Shown here: piece by piece, positions 15,282 to 30,602 of the stretch
How the letters are laid out: each line of letters begins with the position of its first letter
Position numbering within the stretch: the first letter of the stretch is position 1
Assembly: GCF_009914755.1 (NCBI RefSeq)
Contig: NC_060930.1
Origin: the human T2T-CHM13v2.0 reference genome, Homo sapiens
Direction: 5' to 3' (one strand)
DNA length: 64,000 nucleotides
Program-made: the position numbers and the translations under genes
Notes under the pieces: generated by a model
Database searches by the model: none
Told to the model about the DNA's origin: nothing
Seen by the model: only the letters and a program-made list of their open reading frames with translations

Positions 15282-17239
15282 GAAATGCTTGGCAAATTTC
15301 AGGTGACATTTTGGCTTTAGAAAGAAGTATAATTTCTAGTAAATTTGGTTTTACTATAATACATATGTAGATTTAGGAAAATCAATAAAATTACTTGAAA
15401 GGGCAAAGCCAAGTTATGGTAATATATCTAATTGTGCATTTTAATTTTGTTTTGTATTTTTTATTACTTTTCTTATCAGAATGCTGAATGAACAAAATTA
15501 TGACATACGAATCACAATGCTAGAGAAAAAGAGATAACTCATTAGTAAATGGTAGTATATATTCAGAAAAATGATCGTTTTTAACTTCTTTAAAAATTCA
15601 TTTTAGAAAGTAGGGGTAGAGTATTCTGTAACCTAACTCAGATAATCAAAATATAGAGAAAAATTAAATGCAAGATAGCATTTGTTTATTGTCATGATTT
15701 TAAAACAGTATACCAGCATTGGTAATTTCTTTCATGATTAAGGAATTGTTCTTTATGAAATGGAATCAATAAAGCTTAAGCAAACTTAAAATAAGCTTAA
15801 AATTATAAAATAACATTTCTAGAAGTATTTATTTTGGTAATAACCAAGAAGATCTTTCACGAAAAATTCTTCCTCCTTTCTCTTAATACTGTACACTGAA
15901 ACTAGTTAAATTATCATATTAAGTAAGGCCTTTGTGTTGCAGAATGGAGGAGTGGGTTAAGAAGAGAAAATCATCTCTTAATGGCAAAATTAGCAAATCT
16001 TATGCAATTTCCCATCAAAATGTCATGCTAATCTGTCTAGGCCTAGTTAGAAGCAGACAGGGCATAAAAGTTAACCAAACCTATGGAAAAGAACCAAAGT
16101 TTGCAGAAGAGGCAGGCAGCCCACCCTGACACACACCCACTCATTGACTCTCCTCTGCCCCCTCACAAGAAACACTCATGGACCTATGAACAGAAGATAT
16201 TTGAATAAAAATCTGGTTTGATTTATTCTAATCAGATTTTAGAAATATCAGGTTATTATTACACTTATGAATCACTCTAATTTTTACTATATATATCTTA
16301 AAATGCACTGTAATAGGTAATTTTAATATTATTCAAAGACCATAGACTCTAAATACTTGATGTTTTAATGCATTTTTTAAAAAGAAAAGGGTTTAGATTC
16401 TAAATCTACTCACTTGGGAATTGTCACGTGATGAATATTTGAAAGCTTCTTAGGCCTGTGACCTCTTTTCTAGACTGCAAAATGAAACCTTAGGATCCTA
16501 GGAGTGCTTGTGAAACTTCAGCTTTTACACTAGAATTTTAGAGTGTCCAGATTTGTAGGAAAAAGATCATTTTTGTGAGAAAATAAGGCATCTGTGATTG
16601 TGTGTGTATATGTGTGTGTGCTTGTGTGCTGGAGTTTAAGCACTGTGGTGGATCAGCAGCCATTAGTGTGAAAAATATGTGGTATAAAGGAGAAACTTTG
16701 TGTTAAAACTATTGAGGAATTAAGGAGCATCATCAGAAGAGAAGAGACTGGCAGGGCAGCAGGAAGAGGAGCATCATGACAAGAGTCTGGAAGAATTCTT
16801 TAATTCTGACATGAATAATGAAAGAAAGCCAGTCACAATAAATCTGGATTTTGATGCCTCATCTAATGTCCAAGAGTTGCTACAATTACTTCAGAGTTTG
16901 CGAACCACACATACCACTTAACTCATGGATATCATATTACTGAGGCATATAAGCATATTTGTTTGTGTAAACTGAGATGCAAATTAAATTAGCAATGATA
17001 AACCACCTTTTATCTATTAAATTGTCAAGCATAAAAAACAATATTCAGGACCTGGATGTGTATGATAAGATGGGGCTTGTGATTCCATTCTGATAAGGAT
17101 AAAATCGGCATGAAATATCATGAAAGAAGTTTGGGATCATATATCAATACATTTGAAAATTTTAACATTCTTACTATTTAATGTGGAACCCACTTCCCTA
17201 GTATCTCTCAAGAGAATAATAAAATGTGTCAAAGTTTTA

Positions 17240-18720
17240 CAAAAAAAGATAATTAACTGCTGGAACAGTCTGGTGCCTATGAACTTGAAAAACTGGCCCT
17301 CCAGCTCTCCACTGGGGGACAAGGCCTCAGATTAAAGAAAAACTTCTGAGAGAAGAATCAAAATTGAGGAGGACAGGGGCAGTAGAGACAAATAAAAAAA
17401 GATCTAAACCAAAGTGGGTGAGGAGTCTAGATGCAGAATATCTCAGAAAGTAAGCTGCCAGCATTTGAGCATTACAGAGAACAGCAGAGGGGAGCCATGT
17501 GAAGTTATCAAAGCTTTCTTGAAATGTCCCTTCATCCTAAAAGTGTATGGAGCCTAATTTTACATAAAAATGTACAATATAAAATTATTACAAGAAAAAG
17601 AATAAGAAGAATATACCCCAACAATGAAAGCATATCATAAAGATACACCCATAAGAAAGCTAAATGACACTAAGGAAATGATACAAGACATAAAAGAACA
17701 ATATAACATAAATAAAAATTTAAAAAAATTCAGAAATAATATGTCAGTCTTCAGGAAACAAAAATAAAAATAATTATTTAGAAAATAATACTAAAGTAAG
17801 AAGAAAATTATAATGAATAAATGTAGATAATCTTTAAGAGAAATAGAATGTATAAAAGAGTACATTTTAAAAGTAGTATTAAAAATTAGAAGAGATGAAA
17901 ATAATTTTAAAAAATGACAAATATCAAAGATAGGCAGAAAAGGTTTAAAGTATTTAATAGAAGTTACAGAAATGAAAGCCAAAGCGAGATAATAAAATAA
18001 CTTCCCTGAAATAATAATTTAAAAGACTTGAAATATATACTGACATAGCAAACCATAAATCTAAGAGTGTTGCCCCAGAGTCACCAATACCATTACACAT
18101 TCCAGTAAAATTATTAGAAAAGGACAAATTATTTATGCACCTAGAAAATATAGTATTTGACTTATATGGGAAAGTATATTAAATTATCATGATAATTTCC
18201 AGAGCCACATTTTAAGAAAGAAGAAAATTGAGAAAAATGTTTAATTTACTCAAGAAAAAAAAATGTATAAGCCAATGGTTTTATATCCAAAACTGACAAA
18301 GTGCACAGATAAGCTTTTAACAACATGAAAGCACTCAAAAAATAATGTTCCCATGAGCATTTCCTCCAAAATATACCATAGAATAACATATAGATAACCA
18401 CAATGACCAGAGAGACCCAGACATAAGGACTGATGTGAGCATTAACCATATGGTTGCCCATAGAATTAAGATGACATGAGAGCTAAGACGAAGACAGTAT
18501 ACAATGACTATGCATTCTGACCATTTGTTTATGAAGGGATTGTGGTAAACAATGGAGAAAGATAAAAAGTAAAATGATCAATAGTCATTTAAGTGCTAAT
18601 ACTTGTACTGTTATTCTAAAAGTAATATATAACAAATGAGAAATTATTGAATATCCAAATTTTATCATCTTCTTCTTTAGAACCAAGAGATAACAAAAAC
18701 ATCAAAGTTCTGTAGTCTTG
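17240..18720 (+). mobile_element. Ancient L1M/HAL1-like 5'/ORF1 relic
   Basis: A-rich ORF1-like sequence (aaataacttccctgaaata; aacatgaaagcactcaaaaaataatgttcccatgagc). Confidence 0.55.
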
Positions 18721-18879
18721 AGTTTTACATAAAAATATCAATATACATTTTTAAGGTGTTATATCTTGGGTGAATTAAACTACAAAGAGATAGTATTCCA
18801 TACCAACTAAAATAAAATGATAAATTAAAAAGAACTCTGACTACTCTTAAGTGTAAGTGTGGGAGAAGATGCAGGCCAA

Positions 18880-19470
18880 CTGAAGCATCAATTTTCTTCT
18901 AGTGGGACTATGTATTGATCTAACCTCTGGCAAAAACCCTGTTTGATAGTATCTTTTGAATCTGTTACAAGTTTTACTCTTTTGTATAACTACAACAGAA
19001 TTACATATCTATTTTCACCAAAATATAGGTGTAAACATGTTATTGCTGCATTATTGATAACAGTAAAAAATTAGAAACAACTAAAACGTCAATCAAACTT
19101 AGAATAACACATTGTAATATATTCATACAAAAATATATTTAATGAACAACTGATGTATATAATCACTCCAGTGAATTCCCAAATCATAATATTGAAAGAA
19201 GAATGTTAGACACGAAAATCCCACTGCTTTGATTCAATTTATGCAAAGTTTGAAAACAAGCTAAACTAAGCTATGGTGCTAAAAGTTAGGTAATTTATTT
19301 TTATTGTGGAAATGGGGTTAATAACTAAGTAGGCCCTGTAAAGGTTTCTGCAGTTTAAAGGTGTTACATTTCTTGAACTGTATAGTGGCTATATGTGTAT
19401 GCTTTCTATATAATAATTTATCAAATACAGGTGTACACATACACTTGTAAATTTTTCCGTGTGTATGCTA
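18880..19470 (+). mobile_element. L1ME-type 3' end relic
   Basis: attgctgcattattgataacagtaaaaaattagaaacaactaaa; aaaacaagctaaactaagctatggtg. Confidence 0.7.
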
Positions 19471-19489
19471 TAATAGATAATTGACACTC

Positions 19490-19870
19490 TGGTAAACCTT
19501 GTATACCCCAGCTACTGAGGATGTCTGAGACTGATAGCTCAGAGGTGACTTCCTCCCTTGAAATTGCCCTTGGCCACAGAGAACTCTATTCTAAAAGTAT
19601 TCTCCTACTAGGGAGACACCATACTCCGTCACTGGATCATGCAATGATATAAAGGCCTAGACACTATATTTCATGTCAGAAAAACACTGAAGAGCCATTC
19701 CAGTTCTAAAGCTTTATTGAAACTGTGTTATGGGTTGACTTCTCTTTCTGCTCAATCCTGCTTTTTTTGGTTCATCACAGATAACATCTACCAAGAGCAT
19801 TCCCCAATAAATCCTCTCTGCATAAAACTCTCCATCTTAGAGACTATGTCTAGGAAACTTCATATGATTC
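19490..19870 (+). mobile_element. LTR16-family (ERVL/class III) 5' LTR
   Basis: cttctctttctgctcaatcctgct...ccaagagcattccccaataaatcctctctgca; followed directly by internal sequence. Confidence 0.7.
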
Positions 19871-19871
19871 T

Positions 19872-22800
19872 GTTGTTACTAGAAGGGGTCCTAGAAAACA
19901 AACTGTAGAATAATATTCCAAAGCTGGATCAAAATGTTCAGGCCATCTAGCAATGAGGGCTGCATTGCTGGTGGTAAATGGAGGATGAGTAGACTTCACC
20001 TTTCACAGTTGATAAAATTGTTGCAAGTAGTGAACTCAGAACTCAAGTGCAGTACTGGTAGAAGAAGACACACTGGCTATGTAATTACTTCTGGAACTTA
20101 ATGTCATATAGAAAATAGTAAGTATAAGGGCTACAAAGTAAATAGACTTTATTGAGAATCATTTTATTTTAATTTAAGCATCGATAATGATGAGCTCAGA
20201 TGATTAATTAGTTATCATTCCAAGGTAAAATGTGAAAGCCAGAAGGATTCTTGGCAGAATCTAAGGAGACTCTAATCATCTGCCACTGGTGGGCAGTCAC
20301 TAGAGGACTAAATTCAAAAGTTAATAATACAACTAGTGGAGCTTCAGAGATAGTTGGATTCTCAGCCTCAGCAGGTTTTGTAAGCCAATGTCAAGATACT
20401 AACAAGAAAGAAATATTCCCCTTAGATTTGGAATGAAGATAATTGATTAGACGTAGCTGAAAACCTTGAAGTTCTATTTTCCCCCCAAATGCTCTTTTTT
20501 GGTGGAAGCATCTTCTAATTCCTTTGATACAAGACAGTGGTATTATTTTAAAGAAAGCATTGCTTGGAGATAATACAGAAATTTCAAATGACTTAGGTCC
20601 TTTAAAAGACAATGCTTCCGTCTAAGACCCCCACACACTAAGGAACTATCCTTTTTCCCTTCCAGGCAAATATTCCAATAATAAGGGTTAATTACCAGCA
20701 CATTCCAATGAGACAAGTGCTGAACTAGTTAAGGGAAGAAAGAGACTATATGTAAAGGAATTGTAGCAGCTGTCTAATAGGTACCATGGGAGCCAGGAGA
20801 ACATGAATGAAACTGGATCTGAAGGTGATGTAAAAAGGAGCATAGAACTTAGAGTTGGATATGAGATACTTTATCAATATGGAGCACTCTCTCATGATAT
20901 GTAATTTAACACACTGGCAAGGACACCAGGAAACACTGATATATCAGCAGAAAGGCACTAGGGAAGTTTGAAAAAGTAATGGCCCATATAAATGTAGCAG
21001 AAGTGCCAGAATTGTGTGACAGATAGAAGACGAAGGCATTAAATGTGCATGCTACAGTGGCATACTATGTAAGATCAGAATAACCATCAGTAAACTATAT
21101 TCCAAGAAAGATTAGAAGCACAGCTAATTCACTAAAGCAACACGCATTACACTGGTGAAAAAGGCACCGTCATTTCTGAACTCAGTATGGTTCTCCTCTG
21201 TAGGCCAGGGAATACTGTGACAGGACTGGCCTCCCTGAAAGAAACAGGTATGAGAGTATCCTGAAATAAAAAGAAGCCAGATAGTGGCTCTTAACTGTCA
21301 AAGCAAGAAGGACACATTTACCACCCTGGGAACCAAAGCTGAAGTGGCAGGCAGAGGAGGCATGCACCTCAGAGATGTTATATATATGATTATATATATG
21401 CATGATATATGACTAGTGATATGATTATACATATGATTAATATAACACAATATTTTCAAAGACAACTTAGGAAACCATCAAATATGTTTCTAAATTTACA
21501 TAATTAAAATAAATAAAGAATGGATAATTAGGAGACTGAATGCAACTATACTAATAAAATATTGTTTTCCCTTTCCCAGTCCTAAGACCTGAGTACAGTT
21601 CTCAGATCCAGAATCAGCAGCGTGAGAAAGGATGAGGCAACACCACAAGTATATTAAAAAGTAATTCCTCCTATTCTTTCTGAAAATAACTGACAATTAC
21701 GTAGTAAATAAGGACATTTGAAGGAAAGGACGTAGCCACACCTTTTGGGGATTATTGGATATGGATCTGAATTGGCATTGTTATCTGTGGACCCAAAGCA
21801 CCACCATTTTCCTCTTGTTAGAGTGACATTATTAATGAAGTTCTGGAACATGTCTGGTTCACTATGGATCTAATGGATCTATGAACTGTCCAGTGGGCAT
21901 GTTCCTGATTTCTAAATATAACCTGAATAAAGAGACTTGGTAGTTGGCAGAATCCCAACATTGATTTGTTGGTTTGTGTGGTAAGAGGTATTATAGTGGG
22001 GAAGGCCCATTGGAAACTTCTTAAACTATTCATTTCCCCAGAAAAAAAAAAGAAACAATATTATATATTTGAAAAAATTGATTAGTGTCACCTTAAAATA
22101 TTAAAAGATAACTGGTGTCTTGCCTGCTTTGTGCTGCTATAACTGCATAACTGAGACTGGGTAATTTATAATGAACAGAAATTGGTTTGGCTCACTGTTC
22201 TGAAGGCTGGGCACTCCAATGGCATGTTTCTGGCATCTGGTCAGCCACTGATGAGAACCTTCTTGCTGGGTCATCCTAGCAGAAGACAGAAAGACAAGAG
22301 AGCAAATGAGAGCTAGAGGGGGCCTAACTAGTTTTTATAGCAAATGCATTATTTTGATAACAAACCCATACCTGAGATAACTAACCCACTCCAGTGATAA
22401 TGGTATTAATCCACTCATGACGTCAGAGCCCTTATAACCTAATCGACTCTTTAAAGGTCTCACCTCTAAACACTGTTGCATTGGGGATTAACTTTCCAAC
22501 ACATTGATGTTGCGGGACACATTTCATCCATAGCAACAGGTGTGATTGTCCCCACCAGATTCCCATATAATTCAGTGCTCTAGTCCCTAAAAAAATAGAT
22601 TATATGGATCACAGTGGCCTCATATAAACTTTACTTAGTAGTAGCTCTAATTACAGCTATTATGCCAAATACGGTATCTTTGCTAGAGCAGATTAATTTA
22701 GCTTATGGCACATGTAGCTATTGACCTGGCTAACAGCTTATTTTCCGTATCATATTTAAAGGAGCATAACAAATAGTTAGCGCCACATGAGATGAACAAC

Positions 22801-23310
22801 AGTATATACTTACGATTTAGTCTCAAAGCTGTTAATTTTCTGAAGGTAAACACCCTCTGGACATTCCCCAGATAATTACTTTGGTCTATTTTGGTGTTTA
22901 TATCACGTTGATAGGAGGATGAACAGGAAGTGGCAACTCACAAGGAGGGCGAAGTAAGATACACAGGCCCTAGAGGGTGGGAGATAAACTCTATAAAGAT
23001 TCAAGAATGTGCCATGTAGGTGAAGTTTTGTGGCTCCAGAAATCCAGGTCATATTGGTACACCCAATCGAATGTATAGGACGAATAATCAAATTTTGCAT
23101 ATCCCACAAGTAAGAAACACAGGACCTCATAAGATGCTGATTTCTGGAGGCAGCATATTCTTGGGAAACTTGGTCCTAATTCATTTCCTCAGTGATTTGA
23201 AAGACTGTCAGCTTTCAGTGATACCTAAAGCAAGAAAGGCCTCAAAAGGGACCAGGCTATGGTAAAAGGAGACATTCCACCTAGGTGCTATGACCTGGGA
23301 GTCCTTATGG
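19872..23310 (+). mobile_element. Degenerate ERVL-class internal region (ERV3-16A3_I-like) with gag/protease/RT relics
   Basis: Leader-like ctagcaatgagggctgcattgctggtggtaaatggag; protease-like ttggatatggatctgaattggcattgttatctgtggacccaaag (~21757-21798); RT-like gctattgacctggctaacagc (~22717-22738). Confidence 0.7.
22116..22535 (-). mobile_element. MST-family MaLR solo LTR (MSTB/C-like) inserted in the ERVL internal region
   Basis: TG...CA ends; gactgggtaatttataatgaacagaaat; 5-bp TSD actgg/acagg. Confidence 0.85.
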
Positions 23311-23384
23311 CTCTGCACCATTTTTTACAAAATTTTCAATAATAATGAAATTATTTCATATTTTCACTGTCCAATATAATAACT

Positions 23385-23679
23385 AATGGTCATAAGTCTG
23401 AAATAAAGCTTTCAGCAGGTCCATGGCCACTCTGGAGATTTTGGGGAGAATCCTTTCTTGCCTGTCCTAGATTCTGGTGACTGCTGGTATGCCTTGGCAT
23501 CCCTCATTGTATGTCTCAAAACTCCTTCTGCCCCACTCACACAGATTGTCTACGATAAGCTGCTTCTCTCAAGATCTTTTACTTTATCACATCCTTTGCT
23601 ATATCCGGTAATATTCACAGGTTATTGATATTAGGATATGAGCATATTTTTTTTTCAGAGCCAAATTCAACCCACTACA
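23385..23679 (-). mobile_element. MLT1-family LTR fragment
   Basis: ggagaatcctttcttgcctgtcctagattctggtgactgctgg...aattcaacccactaca. Confidence 0.75.
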
Positions 23680-26254
23680 GGAAGCCTGTGTTATTTGTCA
23701 GCTCTTATGAAGCTTATAGATGGGTGCAGATGCAAGAGAGACTACAAATGAACAACAACAACAACAAAAATCAGCCAGCAACTGGTACCTGCAGATAATT
23801 GAAGCTATATTATAGAAAGTCATTAGGTAACTGTTTAAGATTAATTTTTCTGGAAAGTCTCTAGGAATTAGTGGTATTTCAACAATAATCCAAATCACAA
23901 GAAAAAATTAGGAGTTCAAATACCTTGAGGAAGAGCTTCCTAGGCAAAGGGAAAAGTTAATGTAGAGACAAAAGCTACAACAGGTATGGCATATTAAATA
24001 AATGAAAAACAAAACCATATAGCTAGAAAATAGTAGATAAACTTGGAGGTGTAGACATGGACCAAATCATATAGTACCTTGTAAACCAGAGTAAGGAATT
24101 TATCGATTAGTAACACTTACGTTCTGTAGCCTCACATAGCTTCCAAATTTCTTAACACAGTAAACATTATGTGTTGCTCCTTAGACACTTGTTGCAATCT
24201 GATATCCTTAAAGCAATTTCTTCCTAACCTCTGTTTGTTATCAATGTTGGGATGACGCTTTGCATAAATAATTTATTTCAAATTACTATGTCACCTGAAT
24301 CGTTATATTAGCACAAGATGTGAAGTGTCTGATTCCAATCATAATTATAAAAATGATTGGTCCATGTTATGTATCTCAAAATCCTTGCTAGTTGATTAAT
24401 TTGCTGAGTGAAACTTTTTATATTAAAAACTAACAAGTACAAATAAGAAGGTATGCTTTTATTTATATAGCATTTCTCATAAATCAATCAACAAGGGCAG
24501 GATAAATTGTTTTGATTGAATAAACAGAGAATTTCCAAAGGTCACTTTCGCTTTGTGTTAGAGTAACATATCTGTTTAATTTTTATCTTTGTGGGTACAT
24601 AGTAGTTGTATATATTTATGGGGTACATTAGATGTTTTGATACAGACATGAAATGCATAATAATCATATCATAGACAATGGGATATTCATCCTTTCAAGC
24701 ATTTATTCTTTGTGTTACAAACAATTCAATTATATTATTTTATTTATTTCAAAGTGTACATATTGACTATGGTCACATTTATGCTATCAAATAGTAGGTC
24801 TTATTCATTCTTTTTAATTTTTTGTACCCATTAACCATCCCCACCTCCACCCAGCATCCCCCCTACCCTTCCAAGCCTCTGGTAACCATCATTCTATTCT
24901 CTATGTCCATAAGTTCGATTGTTTTGATTTTAGAACCCACAAATAAGAGAACATGTGATATTTGTCTTTATTTGCCTGGCTTATTTCACTTAACATAATG
25001 ATCTCCAGTTCCATTCAGACTGATGCAAATGACAGGCTCTCATTCCTTTTTATAGCAGAATAGTACTCCATTGTGAACATGTACTACAGTTTATTTATTC
25101 ACTCATCTGTAGATGGACACTTAAGTTGCTTCCAAATCTTGGCCATTTTGAACAATGCTACAACAAACATAGTAGTGCAGATATCTCTTTGATATATTGA
25201 TTTCCTTTCTTTTCAGTATATACTCAGCAGTGGGATGGCTGGGTCATGTGGTAACTTTAATTTTACTTTTTTCAAGAACCTCTAAACTGTTTTTCATAGT
25301 GACTATACTAATTTACCTTCCCACCAACATTGTACAAGGCTTCCCTTTCCTCCACATCCTCACCATCATTTGTTATTGCCTGTCTTTTGGATATAAGCCA
25401 TTTTAACTAAGGTGAGATGATATCTCATTGTAGTTTTGATTTGTAGTTCTCTGATGAACAATGATGTAGAGCATCTTTTCATATACTTGCTTGCCATTTT
25501 TATGTCTTATTTCGAGAAATATCTATTAATATCTTTTGCCCATTTTCAAATCAGATTATTAGATTTTTTTCCTATAGAATTGTGTTAGCCCCTTATATAT
25601 TCTGATTTTTAATCTCTTGTCCGATGTATGGATAGTTTGCAAGTATTTTCTTCTACTCTGTGGGTGTTTTTCTTCACTTTCTTCATGTCTTATTTGCTGT
25701 GCACCTAGAAAATATAGCATTTGACTTATATGGGAAAATATATTAAATTATTATGACAATTTCCAGAGCCACGCTTTAAGAAAGAAGAAAATTGAGAAAA
25801 ACGTTTAATGTATTCAAGAAAAAAAATGTACAAGCCAATGATTTTATATCCAAAACAACTGACAAAGTGCACAGATAAGCTGTTAACTTTTTAACTTGCT
25901 GTGATCCCAATTGTGCATTTTTGCTTTGGTTGCTTGCACTTGTGGGGTATTCCTCAAGAAATTTTTTGCTCAGACTAATTTCCTGGAGATTTTCCCCAGT
26001 GTTTTCTTGTAGTAATTTCACTGTTTGAGGTCTTAAATTTAAGTTTTTAATCCATTTTGTTTTGATTTTTGTGTATGGCAAGAGATAGGAATCTAGTTTC
26101 ATTCTTTTGCATATAGATATTCAGTTTTCTCAGCACCATTTATTGAAGAGATTATCTTTTTCTCAATGTATGCTCTTGGTAACTTTGTCAAAAATGAGTT
26201 CACTGTAGGTGTGTGGATTTGTTTCTGAGTTCTCATTGGTCTATATGTGTGGGG

Positions 26255-26435
26255 TTTTTTGTTTGGTTGGTTGGTTGGTTGGTTGGTTGTTTTTTTGTTG
26301 TTTGTTTTTTGTTTTTCGTTTTTTTGCCAGTACCATGCTGTTTTGTTACTATAGCTCTGCAGAATAATTTGAAATCAGATATTGTGATTCCTTTAGTTTT
26401 TTTTGTTTTTTGTTTTTTGTTTTGTTTGTTTGTTT
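26255..26435 (+). repeat. (TTGG)n/(TTTG)n simple-repeat expansions within L1
   Basis: ttggttggttgg and tttgtttgtttg runs. Confidence 0.85.
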
Positions 26436-28590
26436 TGGATAGCTTTTGCTGTTCTGGGTCGTTTGTAGTGGCCTATTAATTTTAAGATTTTTCTCTATTT
26501 CTGCAAGGAATGTCATTAGTATTTTGATAGAGATTGCATTGAACCTGTAGATTACTTTGAGTAGTATGGACATTTTACCATATCCATATGGTAAAATTTA
26601 ACAATTTAAAATATTGTTTTTTTCCAATCCATAAACATGAAATTTTTTTTCACTTTTTGGTATCTTCTTCAGCTTCTTTCATCAATGTTTTATAATTTTC
26701 ACTACAGAGATCTTACACTTCTTTGGTTAATTCCTAGGTATTTAATTATTTTTGGCTATTGTAAATGGGATTACTTTTTTGATATTTTTTCAGATTGTTC
26801 ACTGTTGGCATATTGGAACGCTACTGAATTTTGTATGTTGATTTTGTGTCTGGCAATTTTAATGAACTTGTTGATCACACATAAAAATGGCAATAGTTTC
26901 TAATGGTTTTCTTGTGGAGTCTCTAGGTTTTCCTGAATATAAGATCCTATCATCTACAAACATGGATTATTTGATTTCTTCCTTTCCAATTTTGATGCCT
27001 TTATTTCTTTCTCTTGTCTGATTGCTCCAGCTAGGACTTCCAGGATTACATTGAATAACAGTGGTCACAGTGAGCATCCTCATCATGTTCCAGGTCTCAG
27101 AGAAAAGGCTTTCAGTTTTTCTCCATTCTGCATGATATTAGGGTGTGGGTTGGTCATGTGGCTTTTATTATGTTGTTATTCTTCTATAACCAGTTTTTAT
27201 ATTTTTTTATCATGAAGGAATGTTAAACTTTATCAATTGCTTTATAGGCATCAGTTGAAATGATCATATGGGTTTTGTCCTTCATTCTGTTGATATGATG
27301 TATCACATTGATTGATTTGCATATGTTAAACCATTCTTGCATCCTGGGATAAACCCTACTTGGTCATGATGAATAATCCTTCTAATGTATTGTTGAATTT
27401 GATTTACTAGTATTGTGTTGAGTATTTTTACATCAATACACATCGGAGTTATTTACCAGTAGTTTTCTTTTTTTGATGTGTCTTTGTCTGGTATTGGTAT
27501 TAGAGTAATACTGGCTCATAGAACGAGTTTGGAAGTATTCCCGCCACCTCAACTTTTAAGAATAGTTCAAGTAGTATTGGTTTTAGTTCTTTAAATGTTT
27601 GGTAGAATTCAGCAACAAAGACATTGGGTTCTGGGCTTTTCTTTACTGGGAAACTTTTTATTATGGCTTTGATCCCATTACTTGTTGCCGGTCTGTTCAG
27701 GTTTTGGGTTTCATCATGGTTCAATCTTGGTAGGTTGAATTTGTCTATTTATTTTAGATTTTCCAATTTACTGGCATATAATTGCTCATCATAGCCTCTA
27801 ATGATCCTTTGAAATTCTGAAGTATCAACTGTAATGTTTCTTTCATCTCTGATTTTATTTATTTTGGTCATCTTTCTTTTTTCTTAGTCAGTCTTGCTAA
27901 AGGTTTGCCAAATTTGTTAAATGTTTTAATAAAACCAGCTTTTTAATTCATTGATCTTTTGTATTTTTAATTTTAATTTTATTTATTTCTGCTCTAATCT
28001 TTATTTTTTTCTTCTACTAATTTTGGGTTCGATTTGCTCTAGCTTTTCTAGTTCCTTTAGATGCATCACTAGGTGATATATTTGAAGTTTTTCTGCTTTT
28101 TTAATGTAAGCACTTAATAGCTATAAAATTTCCTCTTAGTACAGCTTTTCTTGTATCCCATAGGTTTTAGTATGTTGTGTTTCCATTATCATTTGTTTCA
28201 AGAAATTTTCAATTTCCTTCTTAATTGCTTCATTGAATCACTGGTCATTCAGCAGCATGTTGTTTAATCTCAATGTATCTTTGTGGTTTCCAAATTTCTA
28301 TTGTCATTGATTCCTAATTTTACCTTGTTGTGGTCAGAAAAGATGCTTGATTTTATTTTATTTTATTTTTTTATTTTTTATTATTATTATACTTTGAGTT
28401 TTAGGGTACATGTGCACAATGTGCAGGTTAGTTACATATGTATACATGTGCCATGCTGGTGAGCTGCACCCATTAACTCGTCATTTAGCATTAGGTATAT
28501 CTCTTAAAGCTATCCCTCCCCCCTCCCCCCACCCCGCAACAGTCCCCAGAGTGTGATGTTCCCCTTCCTGTGTCCATGTGTTCTCACTGT

Positions 28591-29193
28591 TCAATTCCCA
28601 TCTATGAGTGAGAATATGCAGTGTTTGGTTTTTTGTTCTTGTGACAGTTTACTGAGAATGATGATTTCCAATTTCATCCATGTCCCTACAAAGGACATGA
28701 ACTCATCATTTTTTATGGCTGCATAATATTCCATGGTATATATGTGCCACATTTTCTTAATCCAGTCTATCACTGATGGACATTTGGGTTGGTTCCAAGT
28801 CTTTGCTACTGTGAATAGTGCCGCAATAAACATACGTGTGCATGCGTCTTTATAGCAGCATGATTTATAGTCCTTTGGGTATGTACCCAGTAATGGGATG
28901 GCTGAGTCAAATGGTATTTCTAGTTCTAGATCCCTGAGGAATCGCCACACTGACTTCCACAATGGTTGAACTAGTTTACAGTCCCACCAACAGTGTAAAA
29001 GTGTTCCTATTTCTCCACATCCTCTCCAGCACCTGTTGTTTCCTGACTTTTTAATGATTGCCATTCTAACTGGTGTGAGATGGTATCTCATTGTGGTTTT
29101 GATTTGCATTTCTCTGATGGCCAGTGATGATGAGCATTTTTTCATGTGTCTTTTGGCTGCATAAATGTCTTCTTTTGAGAAGTGTCTGTTCAT
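28591..29193 (-). pseudogene. L1 ORF2p C-terminal fragment with Cys-rich (CCHC) domain
   Basis: [26 protein letters not shown]... Confidence 0.95.
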
Positions 29194-29378
29194 ATCCTTC
29201 GCCCACTTTTTGATGGGGTTGTTTTTTTCTCGTAAATTTGTTTGAGTTCATTGTAGATTCTGGATATTAGCCCTTTGTCAGATGAGTAGGTTGAAAAAAT
29301 TTTCTCCCATTTTGTAGGTCGCCTGTTCACTCTGATAGTCATTTCTTTTGCTGTGCAGAAGCTCTTTAGTTTAATTAG

Positions 29379-30602
<1,224 letters not shown>

